Part shown: piece by piece, positions 41,281 to 49,496 of the stretch
Numbering within the stretch: position 1 is the first letter of the stretch
Layout of the letters: each line of letters starts with the position of its first letter
Source: Vicinamibacterales bacterium
GTDB taxonomy: Bacteria; Acidobacteriota; Vicinamibacteria; Vicinamibacterales; UBA8438
NCBI GenBank assembly: GCA_965207595.1
Contig: CBDBMW010000013.1
Span: forward strand, 503,497 to 567,496
Length of the DNA: 64,000 nt
Direction of reading: 5' to 3'
Notes under the pieces: generated by a model
What the model was told of the DNA's origin: nothing
Database searches by the model: none
What the model saw: only the letters and a program-made list of their open reading frames with translations
Made by a program: the position numbers and the translations under genes

Positions 41281-42085
41281 CCAGGACCACGAGGAGCAGT
41301 ATCGCGGTTTCTGGGCGAACGTCGGGGCCACGTTCCCCGACCTCGCGGGGGCGCGCTCGACCACGCAGTACCGCAACGACGAGCGCTGGCTCGTCTCCAC
41401 CCAGCTCCCGACCATCGCCGGGCAGCGGATCCTGAAGACGGACCTCTGGGACGAGGCCAAGAACACCCACATCCTGCGCTGGACGGCGGCACAGGGCGCG
41501 GAGGCGGTCGGCGTCGACATCTCGCCGGCCATCGTCGCCGACGCGCAGCGCGGCTTTGCCGACGACGGGCAGCGCCTGCTCGGCGTGCAGGGCGACGTGC
41601 GCGCCCTGCCGTTCCGGACCGGCAGCGTCGATGCCGTGTACTCGATGGGGACGATCGAGCACTTCGACGACACGGAGGGGGCGGTCCGCGAGATCTACCG
41701 CGTCCTGCGCCCCGGCGGACGGGCCATCATCGGCGTCCCCAACCGGCGCGACCCGTTCCTGCGCCCCCTGCTCGTGGTGGCGCTCTACTACCTGGGCCTC
41801 TACGGCTACGGCTTCGAGAAGTCCTATTCGCGCCCCGCCCTGCGGCGGATGCTCGAGCGGGCGGGCTTCGACGTGGTGGCCGAGAGCGGCATCCTCTTCA
41901 TCCCCGGCTGGCTGCGGATGCTCGACCTCGCATGTCACGCGTGGCTGCGCCCCCTGGCGTGGGTGACCGGCGCGCTCTGCGCTCCCTTCGACCGGCTGTC
42001 CCGCCGCTTCCCGGCCCTGCGCCGCCACGGCTACCTGATCGCCTCGGTCGGGGTCCGGCCGGCGTCGGACGGCGACGCCGGCTGA
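41273..42085 (+). CDS. Class I SAM-dependent methyltransferase with hydrophobic C-terminal region
   Basis: 270 aa. ILKTDLWDE, AVGVDISPAIV, VDAVYSMGTIEHF and VLRPGGRAII are Rossmann methyltransferase motifs I-III. The GTG start overlaps the upstream gene by 8 nt. Confidence 0.8.
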   Translation: MADQDHEEQYRGFWANVGATFPDLAGARSTTQYRNDERWLVSTQLPTIAGQRILKTDLWDEAKNTHILRWTAAQGAEAVGVDISPAIVADAQRGFADDGQRLLGVQGDVRALPFRTGSVDAVYSMGTIEHFDDTEGAVREIYRVLRPGGRAIIGVPNRRDPFLRPLLVVALYYLGLYGYGFEKSYSRPALRRMLERAGFDVVAESGILFIPGWLRMLDLACHAWLRPLAWVTGALCAPFDRLSRRFPALRRHGYLIASVGVRPASDGDAG

Positions 42086-42166
42086 GGTCGGACACTCGGC
42101 GCCCTGCCGGGGATACGCTGGCACGAGCGGCGCCGTGACCGCCGCGGGGCTCGGAAAGGACAGGCC

Positions 42167-42613
42167 ATGAGCGAAGCGGTTCTGACTCCCTATCTCGGCG
42201 TGCACGACTGCGCGGCGGCCATCGACTTCTACCGGCGGGCCTTCGGGGCGGAGGAAACGGGTCCCCGCTTCACCGCGACCGACGGGCGGGTGGGGCATGC
42301 CGAGATCGCGATCGGCGGCTGCCAGGTCTTCATCAGCGACGAGTATCCGGAGGTCGGCGCCCTGAGTCCGAAGCGGCTCGGCGGCTCCCACGCGGCGCTG
42401 CACCTGCGGGTCGCGGACGTCGACGGCGCGGCACGACGCCTCGTCGAGGCGGGGGCGACGGTGCTGCACGCCGTAGCCGACCAGGCGGACGGCGAGCGCC
42501 GCGGGACGTTCCTCGACCCGTTCGGCTACCGCTGGATGATCGGCCAGCTGGTCGAGACGCCGTCGAAGGAGCAGATGCAGGAGCGGATCGGCGACGGCTT
42601 CCGGGTGGACTGA
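42167..42613 (+). CDS. VOC-family (glyoxalase/PhnB-like) protein
   Basis: 148 aa. LTPYLGVHDCAAAIDFYRRAFGAEE...GRVGHAEIAIGG..VFISDEYPE...DPFGYRWMI is the PhnB-like pattern. Confidence 0.8.
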   Translation: MSEAVLTPYLGVHDCAAAIDFYRRAFGAEETGPRFTATDGRVGHAEIAIGGCQVFISDEYPEVGALSPKRLGGSHAALHLRVADVDGAARRLVEAGATVLHAVADQADGERRGTFLDPFGYRWMIGQLVETPSKEQMQERIGDGFRVD

Positions 42614-42732
42614 TCCCGCGGACGCGGGCCCTCGTCGCGGGCGCCCTCCCGCCCGTGACGAGGTGTCCCGGCGCGGCGCGACCGCGAGCCGACCCGCCTC
42701 CGCGGGTGGCAGCGTCGGATCGGCCGCACCTG

Positions 42733-44382
42733 CTACTGCTCGATGCGGTATACGCGGTTGTCGCGGTAGGCGGAGACGAAGATCACCCCGTCCCCGACCG
42801 CGATCCCGGCCAGCTCGCCGACGGACGTCGCCCCGCCCAGCGCTCGCGGCTCGGGACCGCTCAGCGCGAGGCCCCCGACGACGGCAGTTGCCGCGCCGGA
42901 CGCCGCGTCGAGGCGGGTCACCCGTCCGCCCTCCACCTCGACGACGTACAGCGAGCCGTCGTCCGCCACCGCGATCCCCTCGGGGCCGGACAGCCCGGTC
43001 GCCACCGGGCGCGGGGTGGCGAGCACGGCTCCGTCGTCCAGAATCTGGAGCACCGAGCCGCTCCGGTCCGCCACGTACAGATCGCCGTCGCCGGCGGCGA
43101 GTCCGGCCGGCTCCGACAGGCCGCTCGCCACCACCGTCCGGTCGTCCGGCGAGTCCGGATCCAGACGCACGACGCTGCCCGTGCCGTACTCGCTCACGAA
43201 GAGGTCGTCGCCGTGCGCGAGCGCGTCGATCGCGTTCTGGAATCCCTCGACGCGTGCGACCACGCGGTCCTCGTCCGGGTCCCAGACGGTCACCGTCGTC
43301 GGGCTCGAGAGCACGAGGTGCTCCCCATCGGCGTGGACCGACATCGCCTGCCCCACGTCGGTGACGAACGCGCCCGCGGTGTAGACGCTCTCGCCCGTCG
43401 TGGGATCGAGTCCCCGCAGCGCGGCGCCGTCGGCCAGGAACAGCCGCCCTTCCGTCGTGTAGGCGATGCCGCCCGGCGAGTTGACGTGGCTCGGCAGGAC
43501 CTGCCGGTTCGTGTCCGGCCCGGTCACCTCCACGATGGACCCGTCCACGAAGCTCGACACGAAGATGCGGTCGTCGACGTCGAGCGCCAGGTTGTCGACC
43601 CCCGTGCCGGGACGGCCCACGACCTCGCGCGTCCCGCTCGCAAGGTCGAGCCGGACGACCTCTCCGGCCTGCGTGTCGAGCACGTGCAGGCGGCCCGCCG
43701 AGTCGAACTTGACGGCGGCGGGAATCCGGAAGCCCGTGGCGACGGTCTCCACGGCGCCGCTGTCGACGTCGACCCGCGCCACCTCGCCGCGGAACCAGCG
43801 CGGCCCGTACAGCTTGCCGTCAGGGCCCCAGTCCATGCCGTTGAGGCCGCAACCCGGCCCCAGCTCGTCGTGGATGAGCCGCGGCTCCGTGACGCCGTTC
43901 GGGTCGATCTCGAAGAGATGGTCGCCGAGGAAGCACTGCGACACGAACAGTCGGCCGCCGTCCGAGAACGTGATCGGATTCGCGCCGGGACCGGGTGCGC
44001 CCACGATGCTCGTCACGCCGTCGGGCGTGCGCCTGCCGACCTCGCCGACGGCGATGTCGGTCCAGTACACGGAGCCGTCGGGGCCGAACGCCAGGTCGTC
44101 GGGTCCGTTCACCCCGTCGTCGGCGCCCCAGCGGCTCACGGTCGCGCCGCTCTCGGGGTCGATGGCCAGGATCGCCGAGCTCACGACGCTCGCGATGTAG
44201 AGGTTGCCGTCGGGGCCGAACAGGATGCCGTTCGTCCCGTGCAGCGGGCCGCCCTGGGCCAGCACCGAGACGTTCGGCGCCGCCTGGCCGGAGGCCCGGG
44301 GGAGTTCCGCGCCGGCGAAGGCAAAGACGACGGCAGCGGCGGCGAAAGCGACGACGGACTTGCGGACGCGAGGGATTGGCAT
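42733..44382 (-). CDS. Secreted beta-propeller protein (SMP-30/NHL/Vgb-like repeats)
   Basis: 549 aa with a signal peptide. It contains many repeats of the type GP.G.AFGPDGSVYWTD, GLNGMDWGPDGKLY and SEPAGLAAGDGDLYVAD. Confidence 0.7.
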   Translation of the reverse strand: MPIPRVRKSVVAFAAAAVVFAFAGAELPRASGQAAPNVSVLAQGGPLHGTNGILFGPDGNLYIASVVSSAILAIDPESGATVSRWGADDGVNGPDDLAFGPDGSVYWTDIAVGEVGRRTPDGVTSIVGAPGPGANPITFSDGGRLFVSQCFLGDHLFEIDPNGVTEPRLIHDELGPGCGLNGMDWGPDGKLYGPRWFRGEVARVDVDSGAVETVATGFRIPAAVKFDSAGRLHVLDTQAGEVVRLDLASGTREVVGRPGTGVDNLALDVDDRIFVSSFVDGSIVEVTGPDTNRQVLPSHVNSPGGIAYTTEGRLFLADGAALRGLDPTTGESVYTAGAFVTDVGQAMSVHADGEHLVLSSPTTVTVWDPDEDRVVARVEGFQNAIDALAHGDDLFVSEYGTGSVVRLDPDSPDDRTVVASGLSEPAGLAAGDGDLYVADRSGSVLQILDDGAVLATPRPVATGLSGPEGIAVADDGSLYVVEVEGGRVTRLDAASGAATAVVGGLALSGPEPRALGGATSVGELAGIAVGDGVIFVSAYRDNRVYRIEQ

Positions 44383-44500
44383 GCCGATGGCTCCTTCCGT
44401 TTGCGGACCAGAGCATACCGGGAATGCCCCTCCGCCGACTCCTGGACCCGCCGGAGCCTCGCCCGCCGTCGTCGCCGCGACCCCAAGGTCGCGCTGCGGC

Positions 44501-44536
44501 CTCCGCTCGGCGCCCAGCCAACCCTCCAGGAATCCG
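44501..44536. repeat. Dispersed intergenic repeat, family C (reverse orientation)
   Basis: ctccgctcggcgcccagccaaccctccaggaatccg is the reverse complement of the 53172-53208 and 53089-53124 type (GGAYTCCTGKAGGGTYGGYTGGGCRCC..GCGGAG). Confidence 0.75.
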
Positions 44537-44630
44537 CGCCGTTCTGCGGCGCAGACTCCGCGCCGCGCCGAACGCCGGGCGGGCGAAACGGCTGGCGCCC
44601 GGCCGCCCTCGCGTGGCAGAATCCAGCGGG

Positions 44631-46052
44631 ATGCTGTCTCTGGACCGCCCGCGGGAGGATTGGCGGCGGCGCGCCGTCGTCAGCGTCCTCGCAACGGCGT
44701 TGGGCGCGATCGGCCTCGGCGCGGCGGAGCGCGACCTGCGCCTGGTCGATGCCGTCCGCGAGGGCGACACGGAAGCGGTGGCCGCGCTCCTGGCCGCGGG
44801 CGCCGAGGTGGATGCCGCGTCGGCCGACGGCGCCACGGCCCTGCACTGGGCGGTCTACGCGGACGACGCAGACACGGTGCGGCGCCTGCTCGATGCCGGC
44901 GCGCGCGTGGACGCCGCGAACGACCACGGGGTCACGCCGCTCGCGCTCGCCTGCGGCAACGCGAGCGAGCCGCTGGTGGGGGCCCTTCTGGACGCCGGCG
45001 CGGACCCCAACGCCGCCATCTGGAGCGGGGAGACGGCGCTGATGACGTGCGCGCGAACCGGGAGCGGCGATGCCGTCGAGGCTCTCCTCGCCGCCGGCGC
45101 GGACCCCGGCCGAACGGAGCCGGAAGAGCACCAGACGGCTCTGATGTGGGCGGTGTCCGAACGTCATCCGGCCGCCGCGCGCGCCCTCATCCGGTATGGT
45201 GCGGACGTCGCGGCCCGAACGAAGCGCGGCTTCACGCCGCTCCTCTTCGCGGCCCGCGAAGGCGCCTACGAGAGCGCGCTGGCCCTGCTGGCCGCGGGCG
45301 CCGATCCGGATCAGGCGGCGGAGGGCGCCGCGACGCCGCTCGTCGCGGCGACCGTGAGGGGACATGCCGCGCTCGCGGAGAGGCTGCTCGAGGCGGGCGC
45401 CGACCCCAACGCGGCCGGCTCCGGGTACACGGCCCTGCACTGGGCGGCCGGGTCGTGGGAGACGGAGCTGACCGGGCCGGTGGGCATCGAGGCCTCGCGG
45501 GACGGTGAGTGGCGCGCAACCGCGGGCCTGCCCGAAGGCGGCCCGGAGCTGGTGCGGGCCCTCCTCGCCCACGGCGCGCGAGTCGACGCCCGGGTGGAGC
45601 GGGCGCCGCCCCGGGTCGGGTTCGGAGGCCGGCGCGACGCGGTGGGCGCCACCCCGTTCCTTCTCGCGGCGCGGGAGGCCGACGTCGACCTGATGCGCCT
45701 GCTGATCGACCACGGCGCCGACCCGCGCACGCCGAACGCGACGAACATGACGCCGCTGATGGCGGCCGCGGGCGTCGGCCGGCGTCTGGCGGAGACCCGC
45801 GTGACGGCCGCGCGCGCGCTGGCCGCCACCCGGTTCGTCTGGGACCTCGGCGGCAGCGACGTGAACGCCGTGACCGACGCCGGCGACACGGCGCTGCACG
45901 GCGCGGCAGGGACGGGCGCGGCGGACCTCGTGGCGTTCCTGGTGGAGCGCGGCGCCGTCATCGCCGTGGAGAACAAGCGCGGCCGGACGCCGCTCATGGC
46001 CGCGGCGGGCACCGCGGCCGAGGGCCTGCTGCGCGAGCTCGCCGCCCGCTGA
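44631..46052 (+). CDS. Secreted/membrane-anchored ankyrin-repeat protein, copy 3
   Basis: 473 aa from MLSLDRPREDWRRRAVVSVLATALGAIGLGAA, with ankyrin repeats (DGATALHWAVYADDADTVRRLLDAGARVD ...). Confidence 0.85.
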   Translation: MLSLDRPREDWRRRAVVSVLATALGAIGLGAAERDLRLVDAVREGDTEAVAALLAAGAEVDAASADGATALHWAVYADDADTVRRLLDAGARVDAANDHGVTPLALACGNASEPLVGALLDAGADPNAAIWSGETALMTCARTGSGDAVEALLAAGADPGRTEPEEHQTALMWAVSERHPAAARALIRYGADVAARTKRGFTPLLFAAREGAYESALALLAAGADPDQAAEGAATPLVAATVRGHAALAERLLEAGADPNAAGSGYTALHWAAGSWETELTGPVGIEASRDGEWRATAGLPEGGPELVRALLAHGARVDARVERAPPRVGFGGRRDAVGATPFLLAAREADVDLMRLLIDHGADPRTPNATNMTPLMAAAGVGRRLAETRVTAARALAATRFVWDLGGSDVNAVTDAGDTALHGAAGTGAADLVAFLVERGAVIAVENKRGRTPLMAAAGTAAEGLLRELAAR

Positions 46053-46189
46053 CGTGACCCACGGCAGGACGAGCGCCGCACGAGGGGGCGGAACCGTCGC
46101 AGGAAGGCCGCGAGGGCAGAGCGAGCGGCGGGTGAGGAACGGGTGGACGAAGCACGGGACGTAGAAGAAGAACGGGAAGCAGAAGAGGA

Positions 46190-46651
46190 GTGAAAGTGAC
46201 CAAGTCGACGACGAGGCGGGAGTTTCTGGTTGCGGGTGGAGCGGCGCCGCTGGCTCTGGCGTTCGCAGGACAGTCGGGTTCGCGCGAGTTGACGGCCGCC
46301 GAGCAGGCCAACGTGGACGTCGTCAACGGCTTCTGCGACGCCTGGGCGACGCGCGATGCGGACCAGATCGCGTCGTTCCTGGCCGACGACGCGGTGTTCC
46401 GGTTCACGCAGGACGGCGACGCGGCGACCGGGAGCGACACGTTCCGCCAGATGGCGGGCGGCTTCCTGGCGGACGCGAGCGACGTCCGGTTCGACGTGCT
46501 CGAGACCTGGGCGGTCGGACCGCTGGTGGTCAACCTGCGGGTCGACTACTTCACCACCGCGGACGGGCAGCAGGAGTTCCGGGTGGGTGGCGTGTTCTAC
46601 GTCAACGACGGCAAGATCGTGGAGTGGATCGACGCGCTGGCTCCGGCCTAG
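46190..46651 (+). CDS. Tat-signal SnoaL/NTF2-like (limonene-1,2-epoxide hydrolase-like) protein
   Basis: 153 aa. A twin-arginine signal (TRREFLVAGGAAPLALAFA) precedes NVDVVNGFCDAWATRDADQIASFLADDAVF...VNDGKIVEWIDAL, a typical NTF2-fold pattern. Confidence 0.65.
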   Translation: MKVTKSTTRREFLVAGGAAPLALAFAGQSGSRELTAAEQANVDVVNGFCDAWATRDADQIASFLADDAVFRFTQDGDAATGSDTFRQMAGGFLADASDVRFDVLETWAVGPLVVNLRVDYFTTADGQQEFRVGGVFYVNDGKIVEWIDALAPA

Positions 46652-46743
46652 GAGCTTGCGGAGCCGTCCGGCGGCGGGTGCGGGCCGGGAACGGGCAGGG
46701 CGCGGCGCCGGCAGCCGACGCTTCGAGGCAGGAGGGAAGCCAC

Positions 46744-47337
46744 GTGCCGAACAAGACTGACGACGCGAAGCTCGAGGCGCTGATCGGGCGGCGCGCCCTG
46801 CTCCAGGGCTCGGCGGCCGGCGGCGCGGCGCTCGCGGCCGGGCTCTTCGGTCCGCTGGCCGCCGCGGCAGCGGGGCAGGGGGTGAAGGCCGGGCCGGCCG
46901 AGCCGGTCCGGAGCGGGAAGATCCGTCGCGTGCTGACCGGACAGAACGCGGCGGGCCGCTCGTACATCGCCGCGGACGAGGTGGTCGCCGCCGGAGAGGG
47001 CTGGACGACCACGCCGGACGCCCCCCTCGGCCCGGCGCCGGCCGGGGAGGAGCGGGCGGACTTCAGCCGCGCCACCGGCGACACCCGGTTCTGGGTGCTG
47101 TCGATGGCGCCGCACGACGACCCCAAGCCCGACCTCGCGAACCGCATCGGGTTCCACAAGACGCCCGGTGTCGCCTACATCTACATCCTGAGCGGCGAGG
47201 TGGTCTACCTGGTGGACGAGGGCGAGGTCCGGCTGCAGGCGGGCGACCTGCTGGTCGAGCGGGGGACCGATCACTCCTGGCGCAACGAGGGGCCGGAACC
47301 CGTCGGCATGCTGATCGTGCTCGTCAACGCCGCGTGA
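46744..47337 (+). CDS. Tat-signal cupin-domain protein
   Basis: 197 aa from a GTG. Signal GRRALLQGSAAGGAALAAGL, and a C-terminal cupin strand pattern FHKTPGVAYIYILSGEVVYLVDEGEVRLQAGDLLVERGTDHSWRN. Confidence 0.65.
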   Translation: MPNKTDDAKLEALIGRRALLQGSAAGGAALAAGLFGPLAAAAAGQGVKAGPAEPVRSGKIRRVLTGQNAAGRSYIAADEVVAAGEGWTTTPDAPLGPAPAGEERADFSRATGDTRFWVLSMAPHDDPKPDLANRIGFHKTPGVAYIYILSGEVVYLVDEGEVRLQAGDLLVERGTDHSWRNEGPEPVGMLIVLVNAA

Positions 47338-47416
47338 CGCGGTCCGCGAGACCGCCCGCACGTCTCTTCGCGGCATCTTCGCGGCATCCATCGAGTCTGG
47401 GGAGGGACCCTCGACC

Positions 47417-47818
47417 ATGACCATCGCTCTCGCATTTCTGGCCGCGTGGCTGGCGCAGCCGGCGGTGGAGCTCGACTACGAGTTCTATCGGGACAAGGTC
47501 CAGCCGATCTTCCAGGAGCGGCGGGCCGGCTTCACCCGCTGCGTGGTCTGCCACGCGGAGGGCGGTCGGGTCGGTTTCCTGGAAGAGCTCGCCCCCGGCG
47601 CCGAGACCTGGACCGAGGACCAGTCGCGCGCCAACTTCGAGGCCGTCTCGCGGCTCGTGATCCCCGGCGATCCGCTCGGCAGCCGGTTGCTGATGCACCC
47701 CCTCGAGCCGGACGCGGGTGGCGACGAGTTCCACAACGGCGGCCGCCAGTTCAGGTCGCAGGAGGACCCGTGGTTCCTGACGCTCGCGGCGTGGGTGCGC
47801 GGCGAGACCTCGGACTGA
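47417..47818 (+). CDS. Small secreted cytochrome-c-motif protein (PSCyt-like domain)
   Basis: 133 aa. YEFYRDKVQPIFQERRAGFTRCVVCH ... NFEAVSRLVIPGDPLGSRLLMHPL ... resembles the standalone form of the planctomycete/acidobacterial cytochrome-like N-terminal domain. Confidence 0.6.
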   Translation: MTIALAFLAAWLAQPAVELDYEFYRDKVQPIFQERRAGFTRCVVCHAEGGRVGFLEELAPGAETWTEDQSRANFEAVSRLVIPGDPLGSRLLMHPLEPDAGGDEFHNGGRQFRSQEDPWFLTLAAWVRGETSD

Positions 47819-47893
47819 GCGGGCCACGGGAAGTGACCGGCCGCACGGAGTGACCGGGCCACGGGAGTGGCAAGACAAGAGGAGCGTGCAAGG

Positions 47894-48916
47894 ATGGCAA
47901 CGAGACAGCGGGCATTCGCGATTGCGGCGGCATTGCTGCTGCTCGTCCCGGCGTTCGCGGACGCGCAGACGGTCCGCATCGTGCAGACGAACAGCGCCGG
48001 CGACAACGTCCACATCATCGACCCGACCACCAACGAGGTCGTGGGCGTGATCGACGGCATCGAGCGCGCGCACGGGGCCGCGCCGTCGCCCGACGGGAAG
48101 TGGCTCTACGTCGCGAACGAGTCGGACGACACCATCGACATCGTCGACGTCGGCATGCTCAAGGTCGTCAAGAAGGTCCCGCTGAGCGGGCGGCCGAACA
48201 ACATCGCGATCACCCCGGACGGCAAGAAGGTCTACACCGCCATCGCCCAGTCGCCGGGTGCGCTGGACGTCTACGACACGGAGGCGGGCGAGATCACGGC
48301 CACGATCTCCGTCCACGGCGGCGTCCACAACACCTACGTGACCCCCGACGGCAAGCATGCCGTGGCCGGGATGATCGGCGCGACCAACCTCACCGTCGTC
48401 GACACCGCCACGGACCGCCCGGTCTGGACGACCTACTTCGACCGCGGCATCCGGCCGATGGCCTTCGACCGCAACGACGACGGCTCCACCCGGCGCATCT
48501 ACGCGCAGCTCTCGAACTTCAACGGCTTCACGATCGTCGACTTCGAGACCCGCAAGGAGCTCCGGCGGATCGAGTACCCCGAGCTGCCCGCCGACGAGCG
48601 GACGCCCGGCCACGGCGGCAACACCGCGCACGGCCTCGGCGTCACCCCCGACAACCAGTACCTCGTCGCCAACAGCAGCCTGAACAGCAGCGTCTACGTC
48701 TACCGGCTGCCGGACATGGAGTTCGTGGGCGGCGTCCGCGTCGGGCACTCGCCGAACTGGGTCACGATCACCCCGGACAGCAAGTACGCCTACATCTCGA
48801 TCTCGGGGGAGAACCGCGTCTCGGTGATCGACGTCGCCACGGTCGAGGTGGTGGCCTCGATCCCGACCGGCGGGCAGGTGCCGAAGCGCAACGCCACGCT
48901 GATCCTCGGTCAGTAG
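47894..48916 (+). CDS. YVTN/YncE-type beta-propeller protein (cytochrome d1-domain-like fold)
   Basis: 340 aa. RBS AAGAGGAG lies 9 nt upstream of the ATG, and there is a signal peptide. Repeats include PDGKWLYVANESDDTIDIVD, PDGKKVYTA, PDGKHAVAG, PDNQYLVANS and PDSKYAYISISGENRVSVID. Confidence 0.75.
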   Translation: MATRQRAFAIAAALLLLVPAFADAQTVRIVQTNSAGDNVHIIDPTTNEVVGVIDGIERAHGAAPSPDGKWLYVANESDDTIDIVDVGMLKVVKKVPLSGRPNNIAITPDGKKVYTAIAQSPGALDVYDTEAGEITATISVHGGVHNTYVTPDGKHAVAGMIGATNLTVVDTATDRPVWTTYFDRGIRPMAFDRNDDGSTRRIYAQLSNFNGFTIVDFETRKELRRIEYPELPADERTPGHGGNTAHGLGVTPDNQYLVANSSLNSSVYVYRLPDMEFVGGVRVGHSPNWVTITPDSKYAYISISGENRVSVIDVATVEVVASIPTGGQVPKRNATLILGQ

Positions 48917-48927
48917 GAGCGGCGCGG

Positions 48928-49353
48928 GTGCCTCATCTTCGTTCGCTCGGTACGGCGGCCCTCGTTCTGCTCGGGACGGGGGCCGCCGTACCGGCGCAGC
49001 AGGCGGCGGCGCTGGGTGCGCCGGCCACCTACACGGTCGAGCAGGCCGCACGGGGTGACGGGCTCTACGAGGAGCAGTGCGTCTCGTGCCATGGTCCAAT
49101 CCGGGCCTTCGTCCCCGAGATGGCGGCGCTGCTCGGCGACCACACCTTCCGCGCCAACTGGCGGGGGCGCCCCCTCAGCGAGCTGTTCGGCATGATCATC
49201 GAGACGATGCCGCAGGACGCCCCGGGGACGCTCACGCCCGAGGAGACGGCGAGTCTCGTCGCCTTCATCCTGCAGGGCAACCGGGTGCCGGCGGGCGGGA
49301 CGGAGCTCCCGCACGACCCCGCCGTGCTTGCCGCGATTCCCTTCGACCCTTGA
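48928..49353 (+). CDS. Secreted mono-haem c-type cytochrome
   Basis: 141 aa from a GTG after TAGGAGCGG. It has a signal peptide and GDGLYEEQCVSCHG, with a downstream Met (IIETMPQD) as a candidate axial ligand. Confidence 0.75.
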   Translation: MPHLRSLGTAALVLLGTGAAVPAQQAAALGAPATYTVEQAARGDGLYEEQCVSCHGPIRAFVPEMAALLGDHTFRANWRGRPLSELFGMIIETMPQDAPGTLTPEETASLVAFILQGNRVPAGGTELPHDPAVLAAIPFDP

Positions 49354-49496
49354 TTGCTCCGCGTCCGACGACGGAGCCGCGGCGCGCGGAGCCGGAGCGG
49401 TAGCACGAGCCATGCAGTAGCTTCGCGCCAGCCGAGATTCCCGCGTCCGCCAGGGCGCGCACTTGCATCCGGCGCCGGGCGCCGGGGAGGTGTCCG

